DNA of 64,000 nucleotides from Oligoflexales bacterium (GTDB lineage: Bacteria > Bdellovibrionota_B > Oligoflexia > Oligoflexales > Bog-1112). The stretch's first letter is position 1. Each line of letters begins with the position of its first letter. The translations under genes were made by a program, and so were the position numbers. The notes beneath the pieces are model-generated. The model did not search any database and had not been told where the DNA came from. It worked only from the letters and a program-made list of their open reading frames with translations. The DNA is taken from positions 1-64,000 of the forward strand of contig JBGCEP010000027.1 of NCBI GenBank assembly GCA_045106415.1, read 5' to 3'. Positions 29,563 through 39,910 of the stretch are shown here, piece by piece.

Positions 29563-31529
29563 GATGCATTTTCTCTATGGTCCGATGTTCTTAAATATTT
29601 TTCTATATCCATATACTCACCTAAACATTCAGGATTTTTCATTGAACCTAAGTGAGTTCCGGCTCTTTCAGCAAAAAGATCTCTTATGGCTAGTTCCATT
29701 TTTTTTCCACTCCTCGTATATGGAATATCTTTGACAAAAAAGACTCTCCAAGGAACATGCCGAGGGGATAAAGATTGCCTTAATAGTTTTTTTATTTTTT
29801 GTTCACCTTCGGTAGGTTCCATTCGCCCTATTGTTTGTACAAAAAGCAAAATAACTGTCTGACCTTTATTATCCCAAGAAATAGCTAAGCTATCTTGAAC
29901 TTCTAGATCTTTTTCAACCTGTTGGTAAATTTCAGCTGTCCCAATTCTGACTCCCCCTGGATTCAGCGTTGCATCCGATCTTCCTGTAATCACATACCCA
30001 TCATGATGCGTCCGAGAAACATAATCTCCATGGCACCACACACCTGGTATTTTTTCAAAGTAGGCCTGATTGTATTTTGTATTTTGATCATCTAACCAAA
30101 AACCTACCGGCATCGATGGAAAAGGCTGTGTACAAACCAATTCCCCTACTTCTCCAACACCTGCTCTTTGACCATCTTTATAAACATCAACTGCCATACC
30201 TAAACCTGGACCTTGCAATTCACCAGCATAAACAGGCTTCGTTGGATCTCCTAATAAAAAGCATGAAACAATATCTGTGCCTCCTGAAATAGATGCTACT
30301 TGAACCCCTGGTATATTCTGCTCAAGCCATAAAAACTGATCCTGCAACAAAGGTGACCCTGTCGATAAAAACAACTCGAACTCTTCCCAGACCTGAGGCT
30401 CCACTGACGCGATAATATTTTGTCTCACCCAAGCAGGACTCATTCCTAATACTTGAATTTTTTCCTCTGCACAAAACTTCCATATTTCTTGAGGATCTGG
30501 TTTTCCATCCCACAACACAGGGCACGCATCTACACTCAAAGCAGAAATCATCCAATTCCACATCATCCAGCCACATGTCGTGAAATACATCAGAATCGAG
30601 TCGGGACCAATATTACTATGAAGCATCAATTCTTTTTTATGCTGTAATAAAGTCCCTGCAATACTATGAATTAAACCTTTTGGCTTTCCTGTTGTTCCTG
30701 ATGAAAATAAAATATAAACAGGATCCTGAGCCGAGCAAGGCACAAATTCTATAACCTCTTTTTCTCTATCTCCAAAATCATAATATGACACCCATCCGTC
30801 TACTTGATCTTTGCTGATAATGACGGGTTTTTCATTCAATAACGCTAAAGAATTTTGAATATTTTCAACTTGAGAATGTTTTTTTCCAGCATAATATGTC
30901 ACCGCCGTTACAAACCATATTTTTGCATTTAGAGGCCCTAATCGATCAACAATAGCTTCACTTCCAAAATCTGGAGAACAAGATGACCACACAGCTCCTA
31001 AAGAGGTTGCAGCTAACATTCCAACAACAGCTTCAATCCCATTAACAACAACACCTGCGACTCTATCCCCTTTTTGCACTCCTAGTGACTTCAATCCATT
31101 TTGTACTCGTATCACTTCAGCTCGTAAAAAATTTGCAGAAAACTTTTCAACTCCATTCTCTGAGCGTGCAACAAGAACTATTTTTTCACTCGGCAAAGGT
31201 ATTAAGTTCTCCGCAAAATTTATTCTTGCACCTTGAGGATCCCACTTCTCTTGATCAAATGAAGTAGGATAGGATCCCCACTCTGCACGTGATGGAGGTA
31301 TCGACCAAACTACCCCAGTAAAATCAGACACCATTTCCCAGAATAGCCCAGGATCATTTAATGAAAATTGATGACATTCGGATGTTGTTTGAAGATCCAG
31401 ATTGCAGTGTGAATTTATATATAATCTAAATTCAGACATAAAATTATACCGATGCTTTTTCTTCCCAGGATCCCAAATACAACGACTCATAACAGCTCCC
31501 ACACAAAATCTTCGCATAAAGCATATCAT
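29559..31529 (-). CDS. Acetoacetate--CoA ligase
   Basis: WSSCSPDFG, ILFSSGTTGKPK, GWMMWNW, SISGGTD, GRSDATLNPGGVRIGTAEIY. Confidence 0.95.
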   Translation of the reverse strand: MICFMRRFCVGAVMSRCIWDPGKKKHRYNFMSEFRLYINSHCNLDLQTTSECHQFSLNDPGLFWEMVSDFTGVVWSIPPSRAEWGSYPTSFDQEKWDPQGARINFAENLIPLPSEKIVLVARSENGVEKFSANFLRAEVIRVQNGLKSLGVQKGDRVAGVVVNGIEAVVGMLAATSLGAVWSSCSPDFGSEAIVDRLGPLNAKIWFVTAVTYYAGKKHSQVENIQNSLALLNEKPVIISKDQVDGWVSYYDFGDREKEVIEFVPCSAQDPVYILFSSGTTGKPKGLIHSIAGTLLQHKKELMLHSNIGPDSILMYFTTCGWMMWNWMISALSVDACPVLWDGKPDPQEIWKFCAEEKIQVLGMSPAWVRQNIIASVEPQVWEEFELFLSTGSPLLQDQFLWLEQNIPGVQVASISGGTDIVSCFLLGDPTKPVYAGELQGPGLGMAVDVYKDGQRAGVGEVGELVCTQPFPSMPVGFWLDDQNTKYNQAYFEKIPGVWCHGDYVSRTHHDGYVITGRSDATLNPGGVRIGTAEIYQQVEKDLEVQDSLAISWDNKGQTVILLFVQTIGRMEPTEGEQKIKKLLRQSLSPRHVPWRVFFVKDIPYTRSGKKMELAIRDLFAERAGTHLGSMKNPECLGEYMDIEKYLRTSDHRENAS

Positions 31530-31595
31530 TATGCGCTAAACATTTTTAATTTAGTCAGCAACTCTCTCAAAGTTGAGGTACACTACCGAGATTCA

Positions 31596-32780
31596 ATGAG
31601 GAGTTTTTCTATAATGATGTCATCTCTCATCCCTGGCTACCTTCTGCTAGCAACTCTTCCTTTTGGAATAGCTCTTCAAAAAGCAAGCACAGCTTTAGCT
31701 GTGGTATGGTTATCAATCACTATTCAACCAATAAAAAGTATGTCCACGTCCTCTAAAATAGCATGTTTTCTATGGCTTTGGATGGGATTCATTAGCTTTT
31801 ATCATCATGATTTCAAGCAAATGGGCTCTTGGATGTTCGGCCATTTAGAGTGGTGGCTTCTTCCAATACTTATCTGTCAAAAACAAGTTCTTCAAATCCA
31901 ACAATGGGAACGAGCACATAAAATTCTTACCACAGGGGCTATTTTTTTAAGCCTAGTCGTCATCAACCAATATTGTTTCGGCTGGAGAATACAGGGGACG
32001 GAGTTCATACCTTCTGAGTTCCGTCCTCGAGGTTTTTTTTCTCACCCTCTCAATCTTGCTTATTCAACCTTAATAGGTTGGCCCCTAGCGCTCAGCCTGT
32101 GGTTTAGAAAAAAAGATCTACGCAACACCCTTTTTCTTTTCGCTGTCACGACAATTCTCGCATTAACAATGTCTCGTACTGTTCAGGCTGTCGCTCTATG
32201 CGCTGGAGTTTGGACTTTGCTCACTTTAGTCACCCCAAGTTCTAGAAAAAAAGTTCTTATAGGCGGACTCCTTCTTACCAGTATCATCCTTATCACCCCA
32301 AACCCTATTGGACAAAAATTCATCGAAACATGGACTATTGGACTAGACCGTCATAGTCATTACACTTTCGATCGTATTGCTTTTTGGGATGTTCATTGGC
32401 ATATGTTCCAAGAGCAACCACTCATCGGGCATGGAACATTACAAAACAATCAAACAAGACTCCCTTGGTATGCTTTACGCGGTTTACCAAATTTTAGTAA
32501 ACCGTACCCAGCACACAACATGTATCTCCAGTTTTTAGTAGAAGGGGGACTTATTGCAGGATCCTTATTTCTATTATGGATCGCATCTATCTATAGAGAC
32601 ATCTCTAAAATAGTTAACTTCAATCACAAGAATATTTGCTTTATCACCTGGACAAGTTTTGTATTTGCAGCAATGACACAAAACGCTTTCCAAGACAGCA
32701 CTGTGCGTTTATGCCTTAGCCTCTTACTGTGTTTTATTGCTCTCACTCTCAAATATCAGAAGAACTCATCTCAACGATAG
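31596..32780 (+). CDS. O-antigen ligase (Wzy_C) family membrane protein
   Basis: R-x-x-GFFSHP, TMSR, R-x-x-x-W...PLIGHG, AHNMYLQFLVEGG. Start estimated. Confidence 0.88.
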   Translation: MRSFSIMMSSLIPGYLLLATLPFGIALQKASTALAVVWLSITIQPIKSMSTSSKIACFLWLWMGFISFYHHDFKQMGSWMFGHLEWWLLPILICQKQVLQIQQWERAHKILTTGAIFLSLVVINQYCFGWRIQGTEFIPSEFRPRGFFSHPLNLAYSTLIGWPLALSLWFRKKDLRNTLFLFAVTTILALTMSRTVQAVALCAGVWTLLTLVTPSSRKKVLIGGLLLTSIILITPNPIGQKFIETWTIGLDRHSHYTFDRIAFWDVHWHMFQEQPLIGHGTLQNNQTRLPWYALRGLPNFSKPYPAHNMYLQFLVEGGLIAGSLFLLWIASIYRDISKIVNFNHKNICFITWTSFVFAAMTQNAFQDSTVRLCLSLLLCFIALTLKYQKNSSQR

Positions 32781-32846
32781 ATAACAGCTCACCTCGAAAA
32801 TGGCATCATCACCACTGAGTCGCAAACATCTGTTAAAATAGAAACG

Positions 32847-33602
32847 ATGTTTAAAAAAGAGGTGGGCAAAATGATTGCTATATTTCCAGAAATTTGCGCT
32901 GAGACAGATCCTTGTAAAGTTGCCCAACTCGCTCGTCAATACTTTATCCTTCGCCCTCACACAGTTACACCCGACTTAGAAGCTATGGTCCTACGCTGCG
33001 GACTTAAACTCTCTTATCAACATCTAGACACTCAAAACACAAAAGCTATTCTTGCCGTTAAAGATGATAAAGGTCGTTTTGAAGGCGCCATACTCATTCA
33101 AGAAACCGTCTCTCTAGAAGAAAGACCCTTTCTTTTAACCCACTGTTTAGGCCTATATTTTCTAAAAACTTTGCCATCTATTGCCAGAGGTGATTTTAAA
33201 ACCTGTGGATACAAAATCATCCATTCACCACTCGAACACTATATTCAGCAGGGCTTCAGCGATATTGATGAGCAACAAGCTTCTCGCTTCTCTAGCGAAA
33301 TTTTATTACCAGAAGATAAAGTACAACGAGCATTTAAAAAAATAAATAATATTGAATCACTAGCTTCTTTCTTTCGAGTTTCACCTTTGTGTATGGAGCG
33401 CCGCGTCGTTGAATTAGGACTCACTTCAGCTTCAAAGCACTTATCCCTAAAAAGCACATCATCACCGGCACCTCGACAACTCAAGATGACCGTTCAACGC
33501 CCAGCTAAGCAACAGCAGCCCTCTAAACAGCAACAATCTGCAGCATCTTTGCAACGAATTAGAGCTCTTGCTCAGAAAATAGATCAATCCGTAAAGACAT
33601 AA
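32847..33602 (+). CDS. ImmA/IrrE-fold protein with degenerate HExxH
   Basis: RPFLLTHCLGLY, EQQASRFSSEILLP, LASFFRVS. Confidence 0.7.
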   Translation: MFKKEVGKMIAIFPEICAETDPCKVAQLARQYFILRPHTVTPDLEAMVLRCGLKLSYQHLDTQNTKAILAVKDDKGRFEGAILIQETVSLEERPFLLTHCLGLYFLKTLPSIARGDFKTCGYKIIHSPLEHYIQQGFSDIDEQQASRFSSEILLPEDKVQRAFKKINNIESLASFFRVSPLCMERRVVELGLTSASKHLSLKSTSSPAPRQLKMTVQRPAKQQQPSKQQQSAASLQRIRALAQKIDQSVKT

Positions 33603-33693
33603 CCCCCTATTCAGAAAGAGTATAAAAGAAATACTATTTTTTTATGAATTTTCCCTCCAAATCGTCGACACGGTTCTTACTACAGGAGGGCTT

Positions 33694-34041
33694 ATGCAAG
33701 CTAGGCGTCCATGGCAAGACAAAGAACGCAGATCGAATAAAAGGTACTCTCTATCTGGTGTTATGCCCGGCAGAATACAACTTGAAGCAACGAGTCATGA
33801 CCTTATCTGTAAACCTCTTGATTTAAGTTCAGGGGGGTTAGGGCTGATTTCATCAACATTTATGAAAGTTGACGATAGGCTTGTGTTGTTTTTTCGAGAT
33901 AAAAGAATCATTCTCATTGTCCAATGGGCTCAACCAGATTTTGCAAAATCTGACTCATATAAATATGGACTCTGCCTTGGGGATAAGTCTCTAGATTTAA
34001 TAGAAATTTTCATAAGTGCTGGTTGTTTGAAAGAAGATTAA
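33694..34041 (+). CDS. PilZ domain protein
   Basis: RxxxR (RSNKR) and DxSxxG (DLSSGG). Confidence 0.85.
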   Translation: MQARRPWQDKERRSNKRYSLSGVMPGRIQLEATSHDLICKPLDLSSGGLGLISSTFMKVDDRLVLFFRDKRIILIVQWAQPDFAKSDSYKYGLCLGDKSLDLIEIFISAGCLKED

Positions 34042-34102
34042 AAAGTCGTCGAACTTATATTTTCATAATTTATACCGATCTGAATAGCAATAATAACGTC
34101 GA

Positions 34103-35242
34103 GTGTTTTTCATGCTATTTAGAAATATGTTATTTCTAAAAATAACATTTGCTATGTACATATTTTCTCTTACGAACATGTCTTTTTCACAAGACTTGGA
34201 TAAGCCTATACATATCTATACATGGCATAAAGTTCATGGTGCATCTTTTTATGAGGGTGTGATTTGGACTTCAAATGGACCTCAAACTTTTCAGACACAA
34301 GAAGATCATATTTCTATCGATATACCTGCTAAAGTTTATGTAAAAGCGTTCACATTGTCAGGCATACCTTTTGTTTCATTACCCCAAGTGGTACACACCA
34401 TGAGCTTTCGCAGAATCGATAAAACTCAGTTCATTAAAATACCCGTACTAACACCGCCCCCCCCAATAACAACTTCTTCTTTGTCTTTAACCCAAAAAGA
34501 ACAGGCCAAGAAAAAGAAGAAAGAAGAAAAAGAAGAAATTATCAGACTTGAAAAAGAACAAAAAGCAGCTTTTAACCATGAACCTTTTCGTTTTTTAAGA
34601 TTACATACAGGTTTAGGTTCAAAAAAACTTGATATAACCGGAGATGAGATCGAATTTTCAGGACAAAATGGTTATTTTTCTATTGGGTTTGAATTTTTCT
34701 CAAAACTATCAAAAAAACACTTTTTTCGAACAGCACACCAAATTCATAATTTTTCAATTAAAAAGAAAAATGAAAATTCTGCAACTACAACAACTGAGAC
34801 TATTCAAAACAAAGATCATAGCTTTGAAATACTTTCTCACTGGTATATTGATTTCACTCTAGGTATAGAATTTTCTACTTACCCTAGCTTAGTAGTCAGC
34901 CATGCGCAGACAGGAAGTCTAGATTTACAAGAGAATTATCAGTCCACATACCTGCTTGGTTTGGAATGGGCGAAAGAATTTTCTGAAAAATTTAGTTTTC
35001 GCTTACTTGGTCATATCTCTCGCGACATCTCCTCGAAATTTATGCACACTACAATTAAATTTCGAACATATTATGCAGTATCACCACTTTTTCAGATATA
35101 TTCATCTTTAGAAAACCACAAGAAAACAAGTGATTTTCTATTAAAATGCCCAAATGGGTCTGAACTCTCAATTTGTGGGAGTAACACAAAGGGCACAACT
35201 CAATTTTCTGAATTAGATATCGGAATTGGATTTCATTTTTAG
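34103..35242 (+). CDS. Putative outer-membrane beta-barrel protein
   Basis: Signal peptide, Pro/Lys linker, amphipathic strands, C-terminal IGIGFHF. Confidence 0.6.
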   Translation: MFFMLFRNMLFLKITFAMYIFSLTNMSFSQDLDKPIHIYTWHKVHGASFYEGVIWTSNGPQTFQTQEDHISIDIPAKVYVKAFTLSGIPFVSLPQVVHTMSFRRIDKTQFIKIPVLTPPPPITTSSLSLTQKEQAKKKKKEEKEEIIRLEKEQKAAFNHEPFRFLRLHTGLGSKKLDITGDEIEFSGQNGYFSIGFEFFSKLSKKHFFRTAHQIHNFSIKKKNENSATTTTETIQNKDHSFEILSHWYIDFTLGIEFSTYPSLVVSHAQTGSLDLQENYQSTYLLGLEWAKEFSEKFSFRLLGHISRDISSKFMHTTIKFRTYYAVSPLFQIYSSLENHKKTSDFLLKCPNGSELSICGSNTKGTTQFSELDIGIGFHF

Positions 35243-35363
35243 GTATTTCTTACCTATTACAGCTAGAAACAAAGAAGAGCGTAGGAAAATACTAAAACCT
35301 TATGGTAAGGTATATGTTAGGATTGAAGGGTCTTAAAGCCAAAACATCATAAGGAGCTCGATT

Positions 35364-35801
35364 TTGGTCAAGAAAGCAAAGAAAAAAGCGACGAAGAAAG
35401 CTGTCGGTCGCCCACGTAAAAAAACAGCCACAAAGACAACGGCTAAGAAAACTACAAAAAAAGTTACTAAGAAAAAAACAGCTAAGAAAGCTGCTAAAAA
35501 AGTAACTAAAAAAATCACTAAGAAAACGACTAAAAAAGTTACAAAGGTAGCTAAAAAAGTCACTAAGAAAAAAACGGCTAAGAAAGCTACTAAAAAAGTA
35601 ACTAAAAAGGTCACTAAGAAAACGACTAAAAAAGTTACAAAGGCAGCTAAAAAAGTCACTAAGAAAAAAACAGCTAAGAAAGCTGTTAAAAAAGTAGCTA
35701 AAAAAGTTACTAAGAAAAAAACAGCTAAAAAAGCTGTCAAGAAAAAAACTAAAAAAGCTTCTGCAGGCCGCAAAAAAACAAACGGTTCTAGCAAAAAGTA
35801 A
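35364..35801 (+). CDS. Histone H1-like Lys/Thr/Ala/Val-rich protein
   Basis: TTG start after AAGGAG; roughly half Lys with no acidic residues; GRPRKK AT-hook-like motif. Confidence 0.85.
   Translation: MVKKAKKKATKKAVGRPRKKTATKTTAKKTTKKVTKKKTAKKAAKKVTKKITKKTTKKVTKVAKKVTKKKTAKKATKKVTKKVTKKTTKKVTKAAKKVTKKKTAKKAVKKVAKKVTKKKTAKKAVKKKTKKASAGRKKTNGSSKK
35457..35750 (+). repeat. Intragenic tandem repeats (two 96-bp units plus shorter units)
   Basis: KKVTKKKTAKKAxKKVTKKxTKKTTKKVTKxA twice, then KKVTKKKTAKKAVKK twice. Confidence 0.8.
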
Positions 35802-35806
35802 AGCTT

Positions 35807-35830
35807 CTGGGGTCATTTCTATGGCCCCAG
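35807..35830. terminator. GC-rich hairpin between convergent genes
   Basis: ctggggtcat-ttct-atggccccag. Confidence 0.65.
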
Positions 35831-35834
35831 CCCC

Positions 35835-36860
35835 TTATGATCCTTTCGGGTCTAATGCCTTTTGGATTCCTTCACCAATAAAATTAAACATTGTAATGGT
35901 CAACACCATTACAATGAATGTTGAAAGCATGATCCACCAACTATCAAGGTTTGATTTACCTTGAGCCAGCAGTTCTCCAAGGCTTGGTGTTGGAGGTGGC
36001 GCCCCTAACCCTAAAAAATCTAATGCTGCCAAACTTGAGATTCCACCTGAAATACGAAAAGGAAAAAATGTAATCACAGGGGTCAATGCATTTGGTAAAA
36101 TATGTTTCATCATCACTCGAAAACGAGATGCTCCTAAAACAGATGCTGCTTGAACATATTCAAATTCTCGAGCTCTCAAAAATTCTGCTCGAACATAGGC
36201 AGACAAGCCCATCCACCCCATAAGAGTCATAATACAAAGCATCATACCCAAGGACGCCTCAAAAAGAGATGTCATGATAATCAAAATAAAAAGCTCAGGA
36301 AGCGATGACCACACTTCTGTTAGGCGCTGACCTAGCATATCAACACGCCCTCCAAAATATCCTTGAATAGCTCCAGCAAAGACACCTAAAAATGATGAAG
36401 AAATCGCTAAAAAAAGACCGAAAATCACTGATAATCTAAACCCAAAAATCAATCGAGCCAGAACATCACGCGCTCGATCGTCCGTACCAAGGGGATGTGA
36501 CAAGTCCGGTGGCGATGGAGCAGGATGATCTAAATTCAAATCAATATCTGTTGGGCCATAGCGCACGATCGGCCAAACCACAAAGTTAGGTGATTGATTC
36601 ATCGCATCATAAATCTCAGGTTCTTTATAATGAGTCTCAGTTTCAAAGAAACCTCCAAAAGTTGTTTCTGGGTATGAGACTAAAACAGGGAAATAAGCTT
36701 GACCATTGTAATAAGCAAAAAGCGGCCTATGGTTACATAAAAAATCACCAAAAAGTGAGATTATTAAAGCAAAACTTAAACCACAAAGACTTATAAAAGC
36801 TCGCTTTTGTTGATAAAAAATATAAAATCTTTTTTTGGACAGCTCGGAAATAGTGATCAT
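35835..36860 (-). CDS. yejE: Peptide (microcin C-type) ABC permease
   Basis: YPETTFGG, LGTDDRARDVLARL, RAEFLRAR, PSLGELLAQGK. Confidence 0.9.
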   Translation of the reverse strand: MITISELSKKRFYIFYQQKRAFISLCGLSFALIISLFGDFLCNHRPLFAYYNGQAYFPVLVSYPETTFGGFFETETHYKEPEIYDAMNQSPNFVVWPIVRYGPTDIDLNLDHPAPSPPDLSHPLGTDDRARDVLARLIFGFRLSVIFGLFLAISSSFLGVFAGAIQGYFGGRVDMLGQRLTEVWSSLPELFILIIMTSLFEASLGMMLCIMTLMGWMGLSAYVRAEFLRAREFEYVQAASVLGASRFRVMMKHILPNALTPVITFFPFRISGGISSLAALDFLGLGAPPPTPSLGELLAQGKSNLDSWWIMLSTFIVMVLTITMFNFIGEGIQKALDPKGS

Positions 36861-37903
36861 AAAGAATCTTTCTCCTCAAAACTAATCCTTGGATCAATCC
36901 AAACGTACATAAGATCACCTAGAAGATTTCCAATAATGTATAACATTGAAAAAATGAATAAGTTTGCCATCACAACAGGATAATCTCTTCGAACCACAGC
37001 CTCCCAAGACAAGAGCCCTAAACCATCTAATGAAAACAAAGATTCAATAAGCAAAGATGATCCAAAAAGTATTGTTAAAAAACTTCCCGCAAACCCTGTA
37101 ACCAAGGGAATCATTGAATTTCTGAATACATGCCTCCAAATTACCTGCCTCTCCTTTAAACCTTTCGCCCTAGCCGTTAAAGTGTATTGTTGACGAATAT
37201 TTTCAATGACTGAGTTACGAGTCAGGTTAGTCATAACAGCAAAACTACCGATCGTCATGCACGTCACGGGTAAAATAAGATGATGCAAATAATCTAAAAT
37301 CTTTCCTGATAAGCTCAAAGTTTCAAAGTGGTCTGATGTTAAACCTCTTAAAGGGAAAAAATCCCAAAAACTTCCTCCTCCAAACAATACCATTAAAAAA
37401 ACTCCAAGGACAAAACCTGGGATGCTATATCCTACGAGGACCCAGGCTGTGGAGATCACATCAAACAAACTCCCTCTCTTTAACGCTTTCATCACTCCTA
37501 AAGGAATACAAATAAGATACGTAAGAAGAAATGAAATAATTCCTAAAGATGCAGACACAGGCATTTTTTCTGCAATCAAAACAGAAACTTTCTTGTGATA
37601 AAAGTAAGATTCACCAAATTGAAAAGTAAATAGCTTATAACACCAATCCATAAACTGCTTATGAATAGGTTTATCAAAACCATAAAGCTTTTTGAGAGCC
37701 AAAATCTGATCTTCAGTGATACCTTGTTTATAGCTGTCAGAATTTTGACCCGATACTTCACCTCCAGATCCATGAATCCGTGATTGTATCGCCTGTTCAA
37801 CCGGTCCCCCTGGAACGAGCTGAATAAGACCAAAAGTAAGTAATACCACACCAAAAAGAGTAGGTATCATAAGTAGGACACGATTTAGGACATACCTTCC
37901 CAT
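36857..37903 (-). CDS. yejB: Peptide ABC permease
   Basis: VPGGPVEQ, YGFDKP, FPLRGLTS, TARAKGL, FSLDGLG. Confidence 0.9.
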   Translation of the reverse strand: MGRYVLNRVLLMIPTLFGVVLLTFGLIQLVPGGPVEQAIQSRIHGSGGEVSGQNSDSYKQGITEDQILALKKLYGFDKPIHKQFMDWCYKLFTFQFGESYFYHKKVSVLIAEKMPVSASLGIISFLLTYLICIPLGVMKALKRGSLFDVISTAWVLVGYSIPGFVLGVFLMVLFGGGSFWDFFPLRGLTSDHFETLSLSGKILDYLHHLILPVTCMTIGSFAVMTNLTRNSVIENIRQQYTLTARAKGLKERQVIWRHVFRNSMIPLVTGFAGSFLTILFGSSLLIESLFSLDGLGLLSWEAVVRRDYPVVMANLFIFSMLYIIGNLLGDLMYVWIDPRISFEEKDSL

Positions 37904-37920
37904 AGAACCTCTTTTATCTT

Positions 37921-39720
37921 TTAGTGTTTATCTTTTTTTTGTTTTGCCCACATCACATCAAGGTACAACAAAGGTGATAAATACGGAGGAAGAACCTCTG
38001 GCCAATCATACTTATCCCAAATAGCAATTCTTTCATAATCAATATGCCAATTATGAACAGCTATATGAGAATGATAAAGAATTCGATCTAAAAGGTGCGT
38101 ATAAAAGATTAAATCTTCTTGTTTAGTCGTGTAGATGAGACTGTGTACAACTTCATCTATCGCTGGATTCTTCAAACCCATTACATTACGAGAGTATTTT
38201 TCATCTGCAGCATCAGAATGCCAAAAACTTTTCTGTTCATTACCTGGTGATAATGACTGACCTAAGCTATAGACGATGACATCAAAATCTCTTTCCTGAA
38301 CTTTTTTTTGATAAACAGACCGATCTTTAATATCAATCTCCACTTTTACGCCAAGACGTTTTAAATTCTTAGCCCATGGCTCAATCACTCTTGCCATAAC
38401 AGGCGAGGAAAGAAGCATTGAAAAAGATAAGGGGCCTTGTGAATTCGTTAAAACCCCATCCTTAATTTGGTAGCCAGCATCTTTTAAAAGAGCGTGAGCT
38501 TGTCTCAACCGCTGTCTATCATTCAATCCGTTACCGAGAGACCCCATAGCACTGTTCCATGATTCTTCTGGGACAAATCCTGGGAATTTTTTAGCTAGAG
38601 ACTGCAGAGCATCTTTTTCTTTTAGAGTCACTTGTCCCCTTGCTGCAAGTTCCGAGTTCTCAAAAAAACTTTTGTTTTCTTTATACTGCCCATAGAAAAG
38701 AGTTTTATTGGTCCACTCGAAATCAAAAGCTAAAGCCAAAGCTTTTCTTACTCGAATATCTTTAAATAAAGGATTGCGTAAATTCCAATGGAATGCCTGA
38801 GATCCTCGAGAGTTTTCATGCTTCCATTTTAATTTACGAATAAGTCCTGACTCAAATTTTTTACCATCAAGATCATTCGCCCATACTCGAGAGTTATTAC
38901 ATACATAAAAATCAAACTCTCCTTTTTTAAGGCCTTCCACTAGAGCTGTCGTATCCCTGTAGTATGTAATAACAATTTCATTAAAATTATAGAGACCTCG
39001 AAAAAAGGGTTTCTCATTTCCCCAAAAGTTTGGGTTTCTCTGATATTCAATCGACGAACCTCTTTTAAAATCTTTTACAACATAGGGTCCAGATCCAATA
39101 GCTTTTCCTGAAAAATCTTTGCCAAAACTTCCTTTACCATAAATATGCTTTGGCAAGATCGGAAGTTCCATTGTGATCATTGGAAGTTCAGGGTTGACCT
39201 TATGAAAAAAGAATTTAATCCTTGAATTATTCACTTTTTCAATACGAATAATGTCTTGCCAATAAGATCGATACCATGGTTGCACTTTATCTGATTGGAA
39301 CAATTCAAGACTAAAAATAACATCTTCAGCTGTGACAGGATGCCCATCTGAAAATTTAGCATCTTCATATAAATCAACTGTTAAAGATTTGTGATCTTCT
39401 GCTACTAAAAAATTTTTCCCTAAAGACGGGTAGTTCACAGCAGGGTCATCAAGCACAGATTGTCCCAGGGTTTGAAACACCAGGTGATTTAACAATATAG
39501 CAGCCAAACCTTTTGGGGCATATGGATTTAAAGTATCAAATGTTCCTTCTTGACCTACTTCAATACGACCACCTTTAGGTGCATCAGGATTCACATAAGG
39601 CAACGCGATTAAATCTTTAGGATGTTTAGGTGTTTTACGGATACCAACACCATTCCACCCATAGGCTACTGACACCCACATAAGACCCAATATTTTAAAA
39701 AATTTCACGATCACCTCCAA
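37921..39720 (-). CDS. yejA: Peptide ABC substrate-binding protein
   Basis: YVNPDAPKGG, GTFDTLNPY, GSGPY, AFDFEW-x-NK-x-LFYG, SPGNEQ. Confidence 0.9.
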   Translation of the reverse strand: MEVIVKFFKILGLMWVSVAYGWNGVGIRKTPKHPKDLIALPYVNPDAPKGGRIEVGQEGTFDTLNPYAPKGLAAILLNHLVFQTLGQSVLDDPAVNYPSLGKNFLVAEDHKSLTVDLYEDAKFSDGHPVTAEDVIFSLELFQSDKVQPWYRSYWQDIIRIEKVNNSRIKFFFHKVNPELPMITMELPILPKHIYGKGSFGKDFSGKAIGSGPYVVKDFKRGSSIEYQRNPNFWGNEKPFFRGLYNFNEIVITYYRDTTALVEGLKKGEFDFYVCNNSRVWANDLDGKKFESGLIRKLKWKHENSRGSQAFHWNLRNPLFKDIRVRKALALAFDFEWTNKTLFYGQYKENKSFFENSELAARGQVTLKEKDALQSLAKKFPGFVPEESWNSAMGSLGNGLNDRQRLRQAHALLKDAGYQIKDGVLTNSQGPLSFSMLLSSPVMARVIEPWAKNLKRLGVKVEIDIKDRSVYQKKVQERDFDVIVYSLGQSLSPGNEQKSFWHSDAADEKYSRNVMGLKNPAIDEVVHSLIYTTKQEDLIFYTHLLDRILYHSHIAVHNWHIDYERIAIWDKYDWPEVLPPYLSPLLYLDVMWAKQKKDKH

Positions 39721-39871
39721 ATATGCTTTTTTCCATTTTAACTGATCCTGCGTGGAGTTTCTTGTTTCACTAGCATCTATTGATTTTTATTTACAAATCG
39801 CATTTTATTTCTCATAAAACTTAAATAAGACATATATAAAGAAAGATATTCTGATAAGATAGACCTCATAC

Positions 39872-39907
39872 CTATGAGACTTATGAGACCTATGAGACCT
39901 AGAGAGA
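39872..39907 (+). repeat. 9-bp tandem repeat abutting a start codon
   Basis: ctatgagac ttatgagac ctatgagac ctagagaga. Confidence 0.7.
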
Positions 39908-39910
39908 TAT

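Noticed and set aside
35457..35750. Repeats as a possible CRISPR array
   Set aside because: In-frame coding repeats with no unique spacers; no cas genes.
35292..35816. Two long hydrophobic - strand ORFs (F/L/V-rich)
   Set aside because: Antisense shadows of the Lys-rich repeat gene, which has the RBS and terminator.
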